This document shows, in pieces, positions 18,006-25,830 of a DNA stretch of 64,000 bases. A program made the translations under genes and the position numbers. Below the pieces are notes generated by a model that worked only from the letters and a program-made list of their open reading frames with translations, ran no database searches and was not told where the DNA came from. The DNA comes from Candidatus Micrarchaeota archaeon (GTDB lineage: Archaea > Micrarchaeota > Micrarchaeia > Anstonellales > Bilamarchaeaceae), in contig JBFMEZ010000025.1 of NCBI GenBank assembly GCA_040753215.1, forward strand, positions 1 through 64,000. The letters run 5' to 3'. How positions within the stretch are numbered: the first letter of the stretch is position 1; each line of letters opens with the position of its first letter.

Positions 18006-18542
18006 TTACTGCACAACCCCGTTAAGCGTGCCCGCCTCTATATATGAGAAGCCGGTTACACGGTCCGTGTAATTTATCCTCATTACGACCTGGAAGGACG
18101 TGCCTGCGCCGGTCGTGTAGTTGAACGCGCCCACCGGGATGGTGTCGGATATCTCGCCCACGCCGAGCGAGATGTTGAGGTCTCCGGAGTCTATCATGTC
18201 GCCCGCGTATGTAGCGTTTATGGAATTCACGGAGATTGGTACTCCCACCTGGTTCTGGAGCTTCACCGAAAGGTCGCCGCCCGAATTAAGGATGAAGGCG
18301 GGGACCGCGACCTGCGTGAAAGCGACCGGCCTGTTGCCGATGAAGGAGCCGATGTCGAATATTCCCAGCACGAAAAGGGCAGCGGCTACAAGAAGAACAA
18401 TGAGGAGCGCCCATCCGTATGTAATGAGGAAATCCAGGGCGGCTTGGCCCCTTCGGTTTCGGGTTTCCTGTTTTCCGTTTCCCGCTTCCGGAAACCGGGG
18501 GCCGGCAACTGGAAACCGGCTTGCAGCCTGGCCTTTTTTCAT
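18006..18542 (-). CDS. class III signal-peptide pilin-like protein (paralog 3), with an 84-nt heptamer hairpin between duplicated GQAA
   Basis: MKKGQAA-insert-RRGQAALDFLITYGWA; GGTGA RBS. Confidence 0.85.
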   Translation of the reverse strand: MKKGQAASRFPVAGPRFPEAGNGKQETRNRRGQAALDFLITYGWALLIVLLVAAALFVLGIFDIGSFIGNRPVAFTQVAVPAFILNSGGDLSVKLQNQVGVPISVNSINATYAGDMIDSGDLNISLGVGEISDTIPVGAFNYTTGAGTSFQVVMRINYTDRVTGFSYIEAGTLNGVVQ

Positions 18543-18583
18543 TTTTTTCACCGGGTGAATAATGATAATACGGATTATAAAAG

Positions 18584-18760
18584 TTAGCACGAGCCGTAGG
18601 AGCATCCCTGTATCTGGTCGTACGCGCACACGTAGCCGGTGTCGGGCCCGCAGTGGTCGTAGGTGCATGGGTCGCCGTCGTCGCAGGATGGCGGGCACAC
18701 GCAGCCGAGCAGCAGGAGCGCGAGGAAGAGCAGCAGGAATGCGGCGCGTATTTTCTCCAT
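18584..18760 (-). CDS. 58-aa Cys-rich lipoprotein (below the ORF-track cutoff)
   Basis: MEKIRAAFLLLFLALLLLGCVCPPSCDDGDPCTYDHCGPDTGYVCAYDQIQGCSYGSC; LLGC lipobox; GAGGTGA upstream. Confidence 0.8.
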   Translation of the reverse strand: MEKIRAAFLLLFLALLLLGCVCPPSCDDGDPCTYDHCGPDTGYVCAYDQIQGCSYGSC

Positions 18761-18761
18761 C

Positions 18762-19250
18762 TCAGCTCACCTCCCCGAAAACCGTTCCCTTCGAAGCATA
18801 AGCAAACCCGGTTGCGCGGTCTTCGTACCCTATCTTTATCGCGATTGCATAGCGCATGTCCGGGCTGATGCCGGTGAGGTTTCCCACCGGGATTATGTTC
18901 GATACTTCGCCAATGCCCAGCCGTGTATTTGTGCACCAGGCGGTTATGGTCTGGTTCTGGTACGTTGCATTTATGTAGTTTATCCTTATCGGCCTTCCCG
19001 CATCGTTCCTGAGCTTCAGGAGAAGCAGGCCAGAGGGCGAAACCCTGAAAGCCGGGACTGAGACCTCGCTAAACCCTGCCGCCCTGTTGCCTATGAACGA
19101 GCCGACGTCAAGTATGCCCAGGGAAAAGAGGGATGCGCCTATGAGGATGAGCAGCACAACCGCCCATCCGTAGGTCATCAGGAAATCAAGCGCCTGGCCT
19201 TTATGGTTTCCTGTTTCCGGTCTTCGGTTTCCGGAATGCATTACGGACAT
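18762..19250 (-). CDS. class III signal-peptide pilin-like protein (paralog 2)
   Basis: GNRRPETGNHKG/QALDFLMTYGWA. Confidence 0.85.
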   Translation of the reverse strand: MSVMHSGNRRPETGNHKGQALDFLMTYGWAVVLLILIGASLFSLGILDVGSFIGNRAAGFSEVSVPAFRVSPSGLLLLKLRNDAGRPIRINYINATYQNQTITAWCTNTRLGIGEVSNIIPVGNLTGISPDMRYAIAIKIGYEDRATGFAYASKGTVFGEVS

Positions 19251-19292
19251 TGAGAAGATAAAGGAAGAAAAGAAAAATAAAGGAATTGCTTG

Positions 19293-19799
19293 CTATTCCA
19301 CGATTCCGTTCAGCGTCCCGGTCTCCACGTAAGTGAAGCTCGTTGTGCGGTCGGTGTAGCCAACCCTCATAGTAACCACGTAGGAGTCGCCGCTGCTCAG
19401 CCCGGTGAACGCGCCCACGTTTATGGTGCTGGAGGTCCGCCCGATGCCAAGGTTCGTGGAAGGCGCGACGCTCACCGTCTGGTTGGTGTAGGTCGCGTTT
19501 ATGGAATCTATCCTTATCGGGTTCCCGACCTGGTTCTGGAGCTGCAGCGTTAGCGTCCCGTTTGACGCGATTTTGAACGCCGGGACCGCCACCTGCGTGA
19601 AACCCACTGCCCTGTTCCCTACGAAGGAGCCGATGTCGAATATCCCGAGCACGAAGAGTGCCGCTGCAATCAGGACAATCAGCAGTATGGCCCATCCGTA
19701 GGTCATCAGGAAATCCAAAGCCGCCTGGCCCTTCCTGTTTCCTGTTTCGGGTTTCCGGTTCCCGGAAACCTCTCTCTCTTGGCTTTTTCCCGAATACAT
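19293..19799 (-). CDS. class III signal-peptide pilin-like protein (paralog 1)
   Basis: GNRKPETGNRKG/QAALDFLMTYGWA. Confidence 0.88.
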   Translation of the reverse strand: MYSGKSQEREVSGNRKPETGNRKGQAALDFLMTYGWAILLIVLIAAALFVLGIFDIGSFVGNRAVGFTQVAVPAFKIASNGTLTLQLQNQVGNPIRIDSINATYTNQTVSVAPSTNLGIGRTSSTINVGAFTGLSSGDSYVVTMRVGYTDRTTSFTYVETGTLNGIVE

Positions 19800-19823
19800 A
19801 CTGGTATCACCTTGGGGTGAATA

Positions 19824-19842
19824 GGTTAAAAAGTTTATAAAG
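19824..19842. promoter_or_regulatory. probable divergent TATA-box region between the two pilin operons
   Basis: GTTAAAAAGTTTATAAAG, the only strongly AT-rich tract between the divergent genes. Confidence 0.5.
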
Positions 19843-19883
19843 CTTGCTCCAGAAGCCCTGTTCGGTGGGGTATTGAAGGTCTT

Positions 19884-20013
19884 GGGGTCTTGAATGGTCT
19901 ACGGGTCCCGGGGGTCTTGAATGGTCTACGGGTCCCGGGGGTCTTGAATGGTCTACGGGTCCCGGGGGTCTTGAATGGTCTACGGGTCCCGGGGGTCTTG
20001 AATGGTCTACGGG
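19884..20013. repeat. 27-bp perfect tandem repeat x4.8 (GGGGTCTTGAATGGTCTACGGGTCCCG), 9-nt GGTC sub-period
   Basis: Units start at 19884, 19911, 19938, 19965 and 19992 (partial); no spacers. Confidence 0.97.
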
Positions 20014-20058
20014 AGCTGAAGACTATGCAAGACACGGAGACTACCGGTTGGTGATGAG

Positions 20059-20436
20059 TTGGTCCAAAATCCAAAGAACCTGCGTGTCTACGGGCAGGCA
20101 TTCATGCTGTCCGCTGATGTTTACAACCGTTTCCGGGATATCAAAACAAGTCTCAGGCTCAAGGACCAGCTTTTCGGGTCTGTGTCTTCTGTCTGCGCAA
20201 ACCTGGCCGAGATGGGCGCCTTTGAGAGCAAGACGCAGCAGAAGCAGAAACTCATAACCTGCGTGGGGGAATGTAACGAAGCTGAGTATTGGTTTGATTT
20301 GTGCAGGGAGGTCGGCTTGCTTGGGGAGAAGGAGCATGGGGAATTCACCGGCAAGCTCAGGAAGGTACGGGTAATGCTCTTCAACCTGCTTGGCTCGGTA
20401 AAAGAGGACATCGGAAAAGAGGGTAGGAAGGCATGA
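20059..20436 (+). CDS. four-helix-bundle protein (23S rRNA IVP / Avd-like family)
   Basis: LRVYGQA...LKDQLFGSVSSVCANLAEM...GECNEAEYWFDL pattern; GGTGA RBS before TTG. Confidence 0.85.
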   Translation: MVQNPKNLRVYGQAFMLSADVYNRFRDIKTSLRLKDQLFGSVSSVCANLAEMGAFESKTQQKQKLITCVGECNEAEYWFDLCREVGLLGEKEHGEFTGKLRKVRVMLFNLLGSVKEDIGKEGRKA

Positions 20437-22745
20437 GAAGAAAAATGCAGAAACAAGACGTGAAGGCACCCAAGACCAGAAGACCACCGCAAGACCTGGA
20501 GACCACGGTTGTGCGGTCTCGGAGTCCTGGAGTCTCGAGAGTCTTGAGAAACGTGGGGACTACGCAAGACCCCCAAGACCTGGAGACCACGGTTGTGCGG
20601 TCTCGGAGTCCTGGAGTCTCGAGAGTCTTGAGAAACGTGGGGACTACGCAAGACCCCCAAGACCTGGAGACAGCCTCAAGACCGTGCATGAAAGGACAGG
20701 CGAGCCTTGAGAATTTGATAATGCTCGGCATAGGGCTCGCGGTCGCGACAGTATTCTTCTATTTTGCGCTCACGATGCTGGACGACAGCATAGCCGCTTC
20801 GCAGGCGAAGGACGCGGTGAACAGGATTGCGCAGGAGGCGGATTACGTATACGCGCTCGCGCCAGGGACGACGAGGTATGTGGATTTCACAATCCCGCGC
20901 GGGACGGAGCTGATTGAGATAAGCGGGAGGAGGGTGCACATGCAGGTGCAGCTCTCCAGCGGGCTGACTGATTTCTATGCGAACACGCAGGCTGAGCTTG
21001 TGGGGGCAATTGACCTGAACCCCGGGCCCGCGAGGGTGGTGGTGAAGCATACCGAATCGGGAAACGTGCTGGTTGGGAACAAGGAGCTTTCCCTTTCCCC
21101 GGAAGTGCTTGAATTCTACCTCCAGAGGGGGCAGGGCGACAGCGGTCAGATAAACGTAACGAATGGGGGGGAGAGGAACCTTACCGGGATTGCTGCGTAC
21201 GTGCTCGGGGACATACTGGACATGGTGACGATAACCCAGCCCTCTGCGACGCTTGCGCCCGGGCAGAACTCGAGCATTTCTGTTTCTGTCCTTATTCCTG
21301 CTGCGAAGCCTTTCGGAACCTATTACGGGAGCGTGTATGCAAACTCAACGGAAGGGAGCTGGGACGAGACTGCGGTAAAGATTGTGGTGAGCGGGGGGGC
21401 GGCTGTTTCATGCGCGCTCTCCCCGGCCGTTGCGAACGTTTCGATAGGGTTCACGCAGGATTTCACGAGCACGTGCTATGATTCCGGGAGCTACGAGACA
21501 ACGTGCCAGAACCTGAACTGGTATTCAGATGCGGGGGACATGATTCCATCCACTTCTCCTACGGGAAGCACTCTCTATGTGAATACGTATGGGACCCTGG
21601 TTAATGCGACCTCAGGCTCTTTCACTTGCAGCGCTTCGCTGAATTATCCGGATGCGAACGGGCCTCTTGTGGCCAATCTTACCTACTATCCACCTTCTCC
21701 GCTCAATGCAACCGCGAACATAACCGTGAATGCTACGGGCGACGATAGCACCACCGGCGGCTCCACCATAAAGATGTGCAGGGTGAACGTGGACTCGGGA
21801 ACATGGATGAACATGGATGCCGTGGACGGGAGCTATGACGAGGTTGTGGAGCCGGTCACAAAAAATATAGGGAATTATTCCTCGGGAAACCATACGATAT
21901 ACGTGCAGTGCCAGGATTACTACAACAACTGGGGGCCGGTTTCGAGCACCACGTTCTTCGTTACGGATACTTCGGGCCCGAGCGTGAGCAACATATTCAT
22001 AGACCCTGCGGGGGTGTGCAACCTGGAGACCGCAACCGTGTATGCGACCGCGACGGATACGGGTGGGATAGTGAGCATGTGCCAGTTCAGGCTGGATGCG
22101 GGCGGATGGAGCAACATGGAGGCGGATGATGGGGCGTATGATGAGCAGACGGAACTGGTGAGATACTACCAGACCTCCGGCTTCACTGCGGGGAACCATA
22201 CATTGTGGGTGAGGTGCACGGACCAGTACAACAATACAGGAACCCCTGCAAGCCAGGTGGTGGCCATTCCCACATGCAACCCCGAGCTTTTCATGAACCC
22301 CGGATTCGACACCTATACCGGCTCGGTGAACAATGCGAACTGGCAGTTCTGGAACGAGGACAGGTTTAGCGGAGGGATTCTCGCCCCGGACGATGGGAGG
22401 ACGATATTCGGGACATCGGTGCTTATGGCAAATGCGCAGATATGGCAGGGAGTTAGCATCAGCGGGTCTACGAATTATACGATGAGGGTGTGGGTGAAGA
22501 GCAGCAGGCCGCTCTCGGTGCCGATGAAATGGGGGGCGAGGGACAACAGCGGAAGGTGGCTGCAGCCTGGCGGAGGATGGGCAACGAGCACGTATTATTT
22601 CACGCAATATGTGAGTTCCTCATGGACGCAGTTCAGCACCACGTTCGTAACGAGGGCGGGGGCGAACGCGGTCAGGATATACTACAGGATGGACACGCCT
22701 CCGGGGTACATATGGATAGATGATGCAAGCCTGAGGCGGACTTAG
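20433..22745 (+). CDS. large class III signal-peptide surface protein/adhesin; repeat-encoded N-terminal extension before MKG/QASLE at 20688
   Basis: KG/QASLENLIMLGIGLAV; two ~105-aa internal Ig-like repeats (GNHT.Y/WV.C.D.YNN.G); C-terminal CBM-like region. Confidence 0.85.
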   Translation: MRRKMQKQDVKAPKTRRPPQDLETTVVRSRSPGVSRVLRNVGTTQDPQDLETTVVRSRSPGVSRVLRNVGTTQDPQDLETASRPCMKGQASLENLIMLGIGLAVATVFFYFALTMLDDSIAASQAKDAVNRIAQEADYVYALAPGTTRYVDFTIPRGTELIEISGRRVHMQVQLSSGLTDFYANTQAELVGAIDLNPGPARVVVKHTESGNVLVGNKELSLSPEVLEFYLQRGQGDSGQINVTNGGERNLTGIAAYVLGDILDMVTITQPSATLAPGQNSSISVSVLIPAAKPFGTYYGSVYANSTEGSWDETAVKIVVSGGAAVSCALSPAVANVSIGFTQDFTSTCYDSGSYETTCQNLNWYSDAGDMIPSTSPTGSTLYVNTYGTLVNATSGSFTCSASLNYPDANGPLVANLTYYPPSPLNATANITVNATGDDSTTGGSTIKMCRVNVDSGTWMNMDAVDGSYDEVVEPVTKNIGNYSSGNHTIYVQCQDYYNNWGPVSSTTFFVTDTSGPSVSNIFIDPAGVCNLETATVYATATDTGGIVSMCQFRLDAGGWSNMEADDGAYDEQTELVRYYQTSGFTAGNHTLWVRCTDQYNNTGTPASQVVAIPTCNPELFMNPGFDTYTGSVNNANWQFWNEDRFSGGILAPDDGRTIFGTSVLMANAQIWQGVSISGSTNYTMRVWVKSSRPLSVPMKWGARDNSGRWLQPGGGWATSTYYFTQYVSSSWTQFSTTFVTRAGANAVRIYYRMDTPPGYIWIDDASLRRT
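20490..20671. repeat. 84-bp tandem repeat x2.2 built from GAC/GTC sub-repeats with internal hairpins
   Basis: Units start at 20490, 20574 and 20658 (partial); GAGACC...GGTCTC stem. Confidence 0.95.
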
Positions 22746-23204
22746 ATGGTTTTCAGTTCCCAGTTGCCAGTTTTCGGAAGCCGGAAAGCGCAGGCAAGTA
22801 TTGAGTTTACAATAATGGCCTTCTTTTCGCTCATGCTCCTGCTGGCGGCAACATTCATCTACTCCTGGCAGAGCGCGGAGATTGCGGAGGCGCGCACTTT
22901 CTCGGAGATGCGCTCCATCTGCTCCTCGCTCTCCGCGCGGGTCTCCGGGCTTGTGATGGCTGGAAGCGGGGCGAGTGTGAAGCTGGATTACCCCGAGAAA
23001 TTGTATGGGGACAACTATTCAATATGGGTGCAGGGAAACGAGAGCATAGTGAAGGTCATAAGGACGGACGCGCTTGGGGAGGTTTCATCGGTCGGGTGCT
23101 ACCTGAAAACGAGGGGGGTTTCGAACGGGACTTCGTATGCATTTTTCGCCGGGGCGAACGATACGCTGAGGAATGATGAAGGGGTAGTTGTATTCGGGAG
23201 GTAG
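22746..23204 (+). CDS. class III signal-peptide minor pilin
   Basis: RKA/QASIEFTIM; heptamer hairpin at 22748-22788 in the N-terminus. Confidence 0.82.
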   Translation: MVFSSQLPVFGSRKAQASIEFTIMAFFSLMLLLAATFIYSWQSAEIAEARTFSEMRSICSSLSARVSGLVMAGSGASVKLDYPEKLYGDNYSIWVQGNESIVKVIRTDALGEVSSVGCYLKTRGVSNGTSYAFFAGANDTLRNDEGVVVFGR

Positions 23205-23209
23205 GGAGA

Positions 23210-23770
23210 GTGCTGGGCACTGGAAACCGGAAACGGGAAACTGGAAACAGGAAAGGTTACGCGACGGGCGTGGACTTCGTGCTCTCAATACTCATATTCT
23301 CGATAGTGCTTGCATACTCCATTGGCTCGTATTACTACTATCTTGGGGAATACCGGGCGGTGGAAGCGAGGAAGAACCTTGAGGTTTCGGCGCTTGCGCT
23401 TACGGACACGCTGCTCAAAAGCCCGGGGATTCCGGGAGACTGGGAGGCGGCCGCGGATTGGGAGGAATGGATGGAGGAAGAGGAGGAGGAAGAGGAGTGG
23501 ATTCCCACGGGCCTGGAATCCATAGGGCTTGTGCGGAGGGCGAATGTGCTCGAGCCGGCGAAGGTCTTCGCGCTGGATATGATGGACTATAATTATTCCA
23601 GGGAAGTGCTTGGGATTGGGGCGGATTATTTCCTCTACATAACAACCGTGGGCGGGATTACAGTGATGGAGAAGGGGGTGCGGATGGAGAACGCGAGCGT
23701 CATCTCGGTGAGGAGGATGGCGCTGTACAACGGGACGTACGCATGGGTGACTTTGGATGTTTATGGATAA
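23210..23770 (+). CDS. class III signal-peptide minor pilin
   Basis: GNRKRETGNRKG/YATGVDFVLS; SPGIPGDWE; acidic insert. Confidence 0.8.
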   Translation: MLGTGNRKRETGNRKGYATGVDFVLSILIFSIVLAYSIGSYYYYLGEYRAVEARKNLEVSALALTDTLLKSPGIPGDWEAAADWEEWMEEEEEEEEWIPTGLESIGLVRRANVLEPAKVFALDMMDYNYSREVLGIGADYFLYITTVGGITVMEKGVRMENASVISVRRMALYNGTYAWVTLDVYG

Positions 23771-24284
23771 GGATCGTCTTGGAGTCTTGAGTAGTCTCCA
23801 TGTCTCCCGAGACTTGAGGACCATGCAAGACACGAAGACCCCAAAGACGCGGGGACTAAACAGGAAAGGGCAGGTATTCACCATCGATGCCCTTCTCTCG
23901 GTCACGGTCCTCCTGCTTTTCATCTCCGCACTTGTTGGATTTTCGGTGAGCGGGAGGTTTGTGCGCAGCAGCATGCACGATGAGAAGCTCGCAGAGGACG
24001 TGCTCGTGGTTCTGGACGAGAACGGGCTGCTCACAAGGAACGCCACCTACCTCAATGCGACGCTTTACAACATCCTGGACGGGACCAGGCACTACGGGGT
24101 GGAAACCAGCGACTACGAATACCACGGGGGCAGTTTCGTCCTGGTGGGGAACGGGAGCGCGGGGGAGGTGCCGGCGGAATTTGATGAAGTGAGCGTGAGC
24201 GAGAGGAGCGCGGCAAGCTACGAGCCGGGGAAGGGGCCGCAGTTCGCGAACTTAACTATTGTGAGGCTGTATATATGGAGATGA
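23757..24284 (+). CDS. class III signal-peptide minor pilin with a GTC/GAC repeat hairpin in the signal peptide (23776-23856)
   Basis: NRKG/QVFTIDALLS. Confidence 0.82.
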   Translation: MFMDKDRLGVLSSLHVSRDLRTMQDTKTPKTRGLNRKGQVFTIDALLSVTVLLLFISALVGFSVSGRFVRSSMHDEKLAEDVLVVLDENGLLTRNATYLNATLYNILDGTRHYGVETSDYEYHGGSFVLVGNGSAGEVPAEFDEVSVSERSAASYEPGKGPQFANLTIVRLYIWR

Positions 24285-25126
24285 GGGGGAAGCAGGGGCA
24301 GGCAGGCCGAAACCGGAAAGGTTTTACCGCCACGCTTTCCACGCTGCTGCTCCTCTCATCGGTTGTGCTGCTGCTCATGCTCATACTGCAGGTGGAAGGG
24401 AGGGCGGATAAGGAGAACCTGGACATCGCGCGGCTCGGGATAATAAACAGCATAGATACGAACATAGGCGGGATGGCCCGGGAGGTGTACTCGCAGTCGG
24501 GATTCGTGATTGCGGGCGCGGGCGGGGAGGTGAACATAAGCGAGGACCGCTCCGCGTCCGGGAAGCTCTCGCAGAACCTGGGGGCGCTTGAGGCGTGGTG
24601 GGATGCAAGCAGGAGTGCGAACATAACCCTGGAAATACCCAACGATGCGAAGACGCCGCTCTTCTGGATTATGCCGCAGAACATAAGCGTGGAGATAAAG
24701 CCGGGGAAGACAACGGTGCTGCCCCAGGATGCTCCGGAGAGCGCCGGGCAGGTAGAGGCGTATTCCGTTTATGAGATAACAACCTGCGCAAACCTCTCCG
24801 CGCAGTGGAACAACCTCTCGCTCGGGAGCGGGCCGGGCGCGGTGAATTTCACCATCAATTTCACGTGCAGCAATTACACCTACAACGATTTCAGGCAGCT
24901 CAATAAGTATGGGTACAGCGAGCTCGTGCTGCAGGAGAATGCGTTCACCCCCCTGCTCACGGTGAGGGTTTACTCGCCCGCGAAGATGGAGCTGGAGAAA
25001 AACAAGCCCCCCACTTATTTAAATTTGGCGGTAGAGGTGAATGGCAGCGCGAGGGTTGAGATGCCGGGTGTGCTGAACATAAGCATCGGAGAGGCGAGAA
25101 GGGACGGGAGGGTGGTGGTAGGGTAG
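24275..25126 (+). CDS. class III signal-peptide minor pilin-like protein
   Basis: RNRKG/FTATLSTLLLL. Confidence 0.75.
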   Translation: MEMRGKQGQAGRNRKGFTATLSTLLLLSSVVLLLMLILQVEGRADKENLDIARLGIINSIDTNIGGMAREVYSQSGFVIAGAGGEVNISEDRSASGKLSQNLGALEAWWDASRSANITLEIPNDAKTPLFWIMPQNISVEIKPGKTTVLPQDAPESAGQVEAYSVYEITTCANLSAQWNNLSLGSGPGAVNFTINFTCSNYTYNDFRQLNKYGYSELVLQENAFTPLLTVRVYSPAKMELEKNKPPTYLNLAVEVNGSARVEMPGVLNISIGEARRDGRVVVG

Positions 25127-25183
25127 ATGTTTCCGGTTCCCTGTTTCGGGTTTCCGGAAACTGGCAACGGGGAACTGACATGA
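25127..25183 (+). repeat. heptamer hairpin element that reads as an 18-aa mini-ORF
   Basis: TAG-ATG TTT CCG GTT CCC TGT ... GAA ACT GGC AAC GGG GAA CTG ACA TGA, overlapping the ATG at 25180. Confidence 0.75.
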
Positions 25184-25830
25184 ACGGGGAAATGAAGGTA
25201 AGGGACATCATGCGGAAGGACTTCATATACCTTGATGAGGAGGAGAAGCTGGACGCGATAATAGAGAAGTTCGCAAAATACGGCATCCACGAGGCGCCGG
25301 TGCTGAGCAGGGGGGAGCTGAGGGGGCTCGTGTCCGACAGGGAGATTGCGGATGCCCTCCTGAAAAAGAGGGCGCTTCCTTTCCTGAGGGGCAGGGAGCT
25401 GCTTTCCGCGGAAAAGGCGAAAAACATAAGGGCACGGGACATACTGAACAGGCATTTCCTCACGCTCGAGCCAGGCATGGAGCTCGTGGATGCGATAATA
25501 GACATGGCGCGCAGGGAGACGAACGTTATCCCGGTAGTGGAGGGCGGGAGGGTGCTGGGGATAGTGACCGGGAAGGACGTGGTGGGCTACGTGGCGAAGA
25601 AATTCATAAGCCACGAGGCGGAGGAGAAGGGCGGCGAGGGGCTGCAATCCGCGGTGGATGCGGTGCTTGCGCTCGTGAAGGAGAGGAAGAAGGTCTCTGC
25701 TGAGGAGGCCTCGAAAAAGCTCGGGATTTCCAGGGAAAGGGTTGAGGCGATAGCGAAATCCCTCGCAAAGCACGGGCTCGTCGAGGTGAGGTATACGATA
25801 GGCGGAAGGATGGAAGTGAGGGGGATCTGA
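25180..25830 (+). CDS. CBS-pair domain protein with C-terminal HTH
   Basis: VRDIMRKD, APVL...LRGLVSDREI, IPVVEGGRVLGIVTGKD. Confidence 0.85.
   Translation: MNGEMKVRDIMRKDFIYLDEEEKLDAIIEKFAKYGIHEAPVLSRGELRGLVSDREIADALLKKRALPFLRGRELLSAEKAKNIRARDILNRHFLTLEPGMELVDAIIDMARRETNVIPVVEGGRVLGIVTGKDVVGYVAKKFISHEAEEKGGEGLQSAVDAVLALVKERKKVSAEEASKKLGISRERVEAIAKSLAKHGLVEVRYTIGGRMEVRGI

Noticed and set aside
19884..20013. CRISPR array
   Set aside because: Units are contiguous and identical, with no spacers and no cas genes.
18006..22745. Diversity-generating retroelement (Avd-like gene near surface proteins)
   Set aside because: No reverse transcriptase and no TR/VR pair seen. Differences between pilin paralogs are mostly synonymous, not adenine-specific.
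23436..23502. Acidic DWEEWMEEEEEEEEW tract as a separate element
   Set aside because: A simple GAG/GAA expansion inside a pilin, unrelated to the two repeat families.
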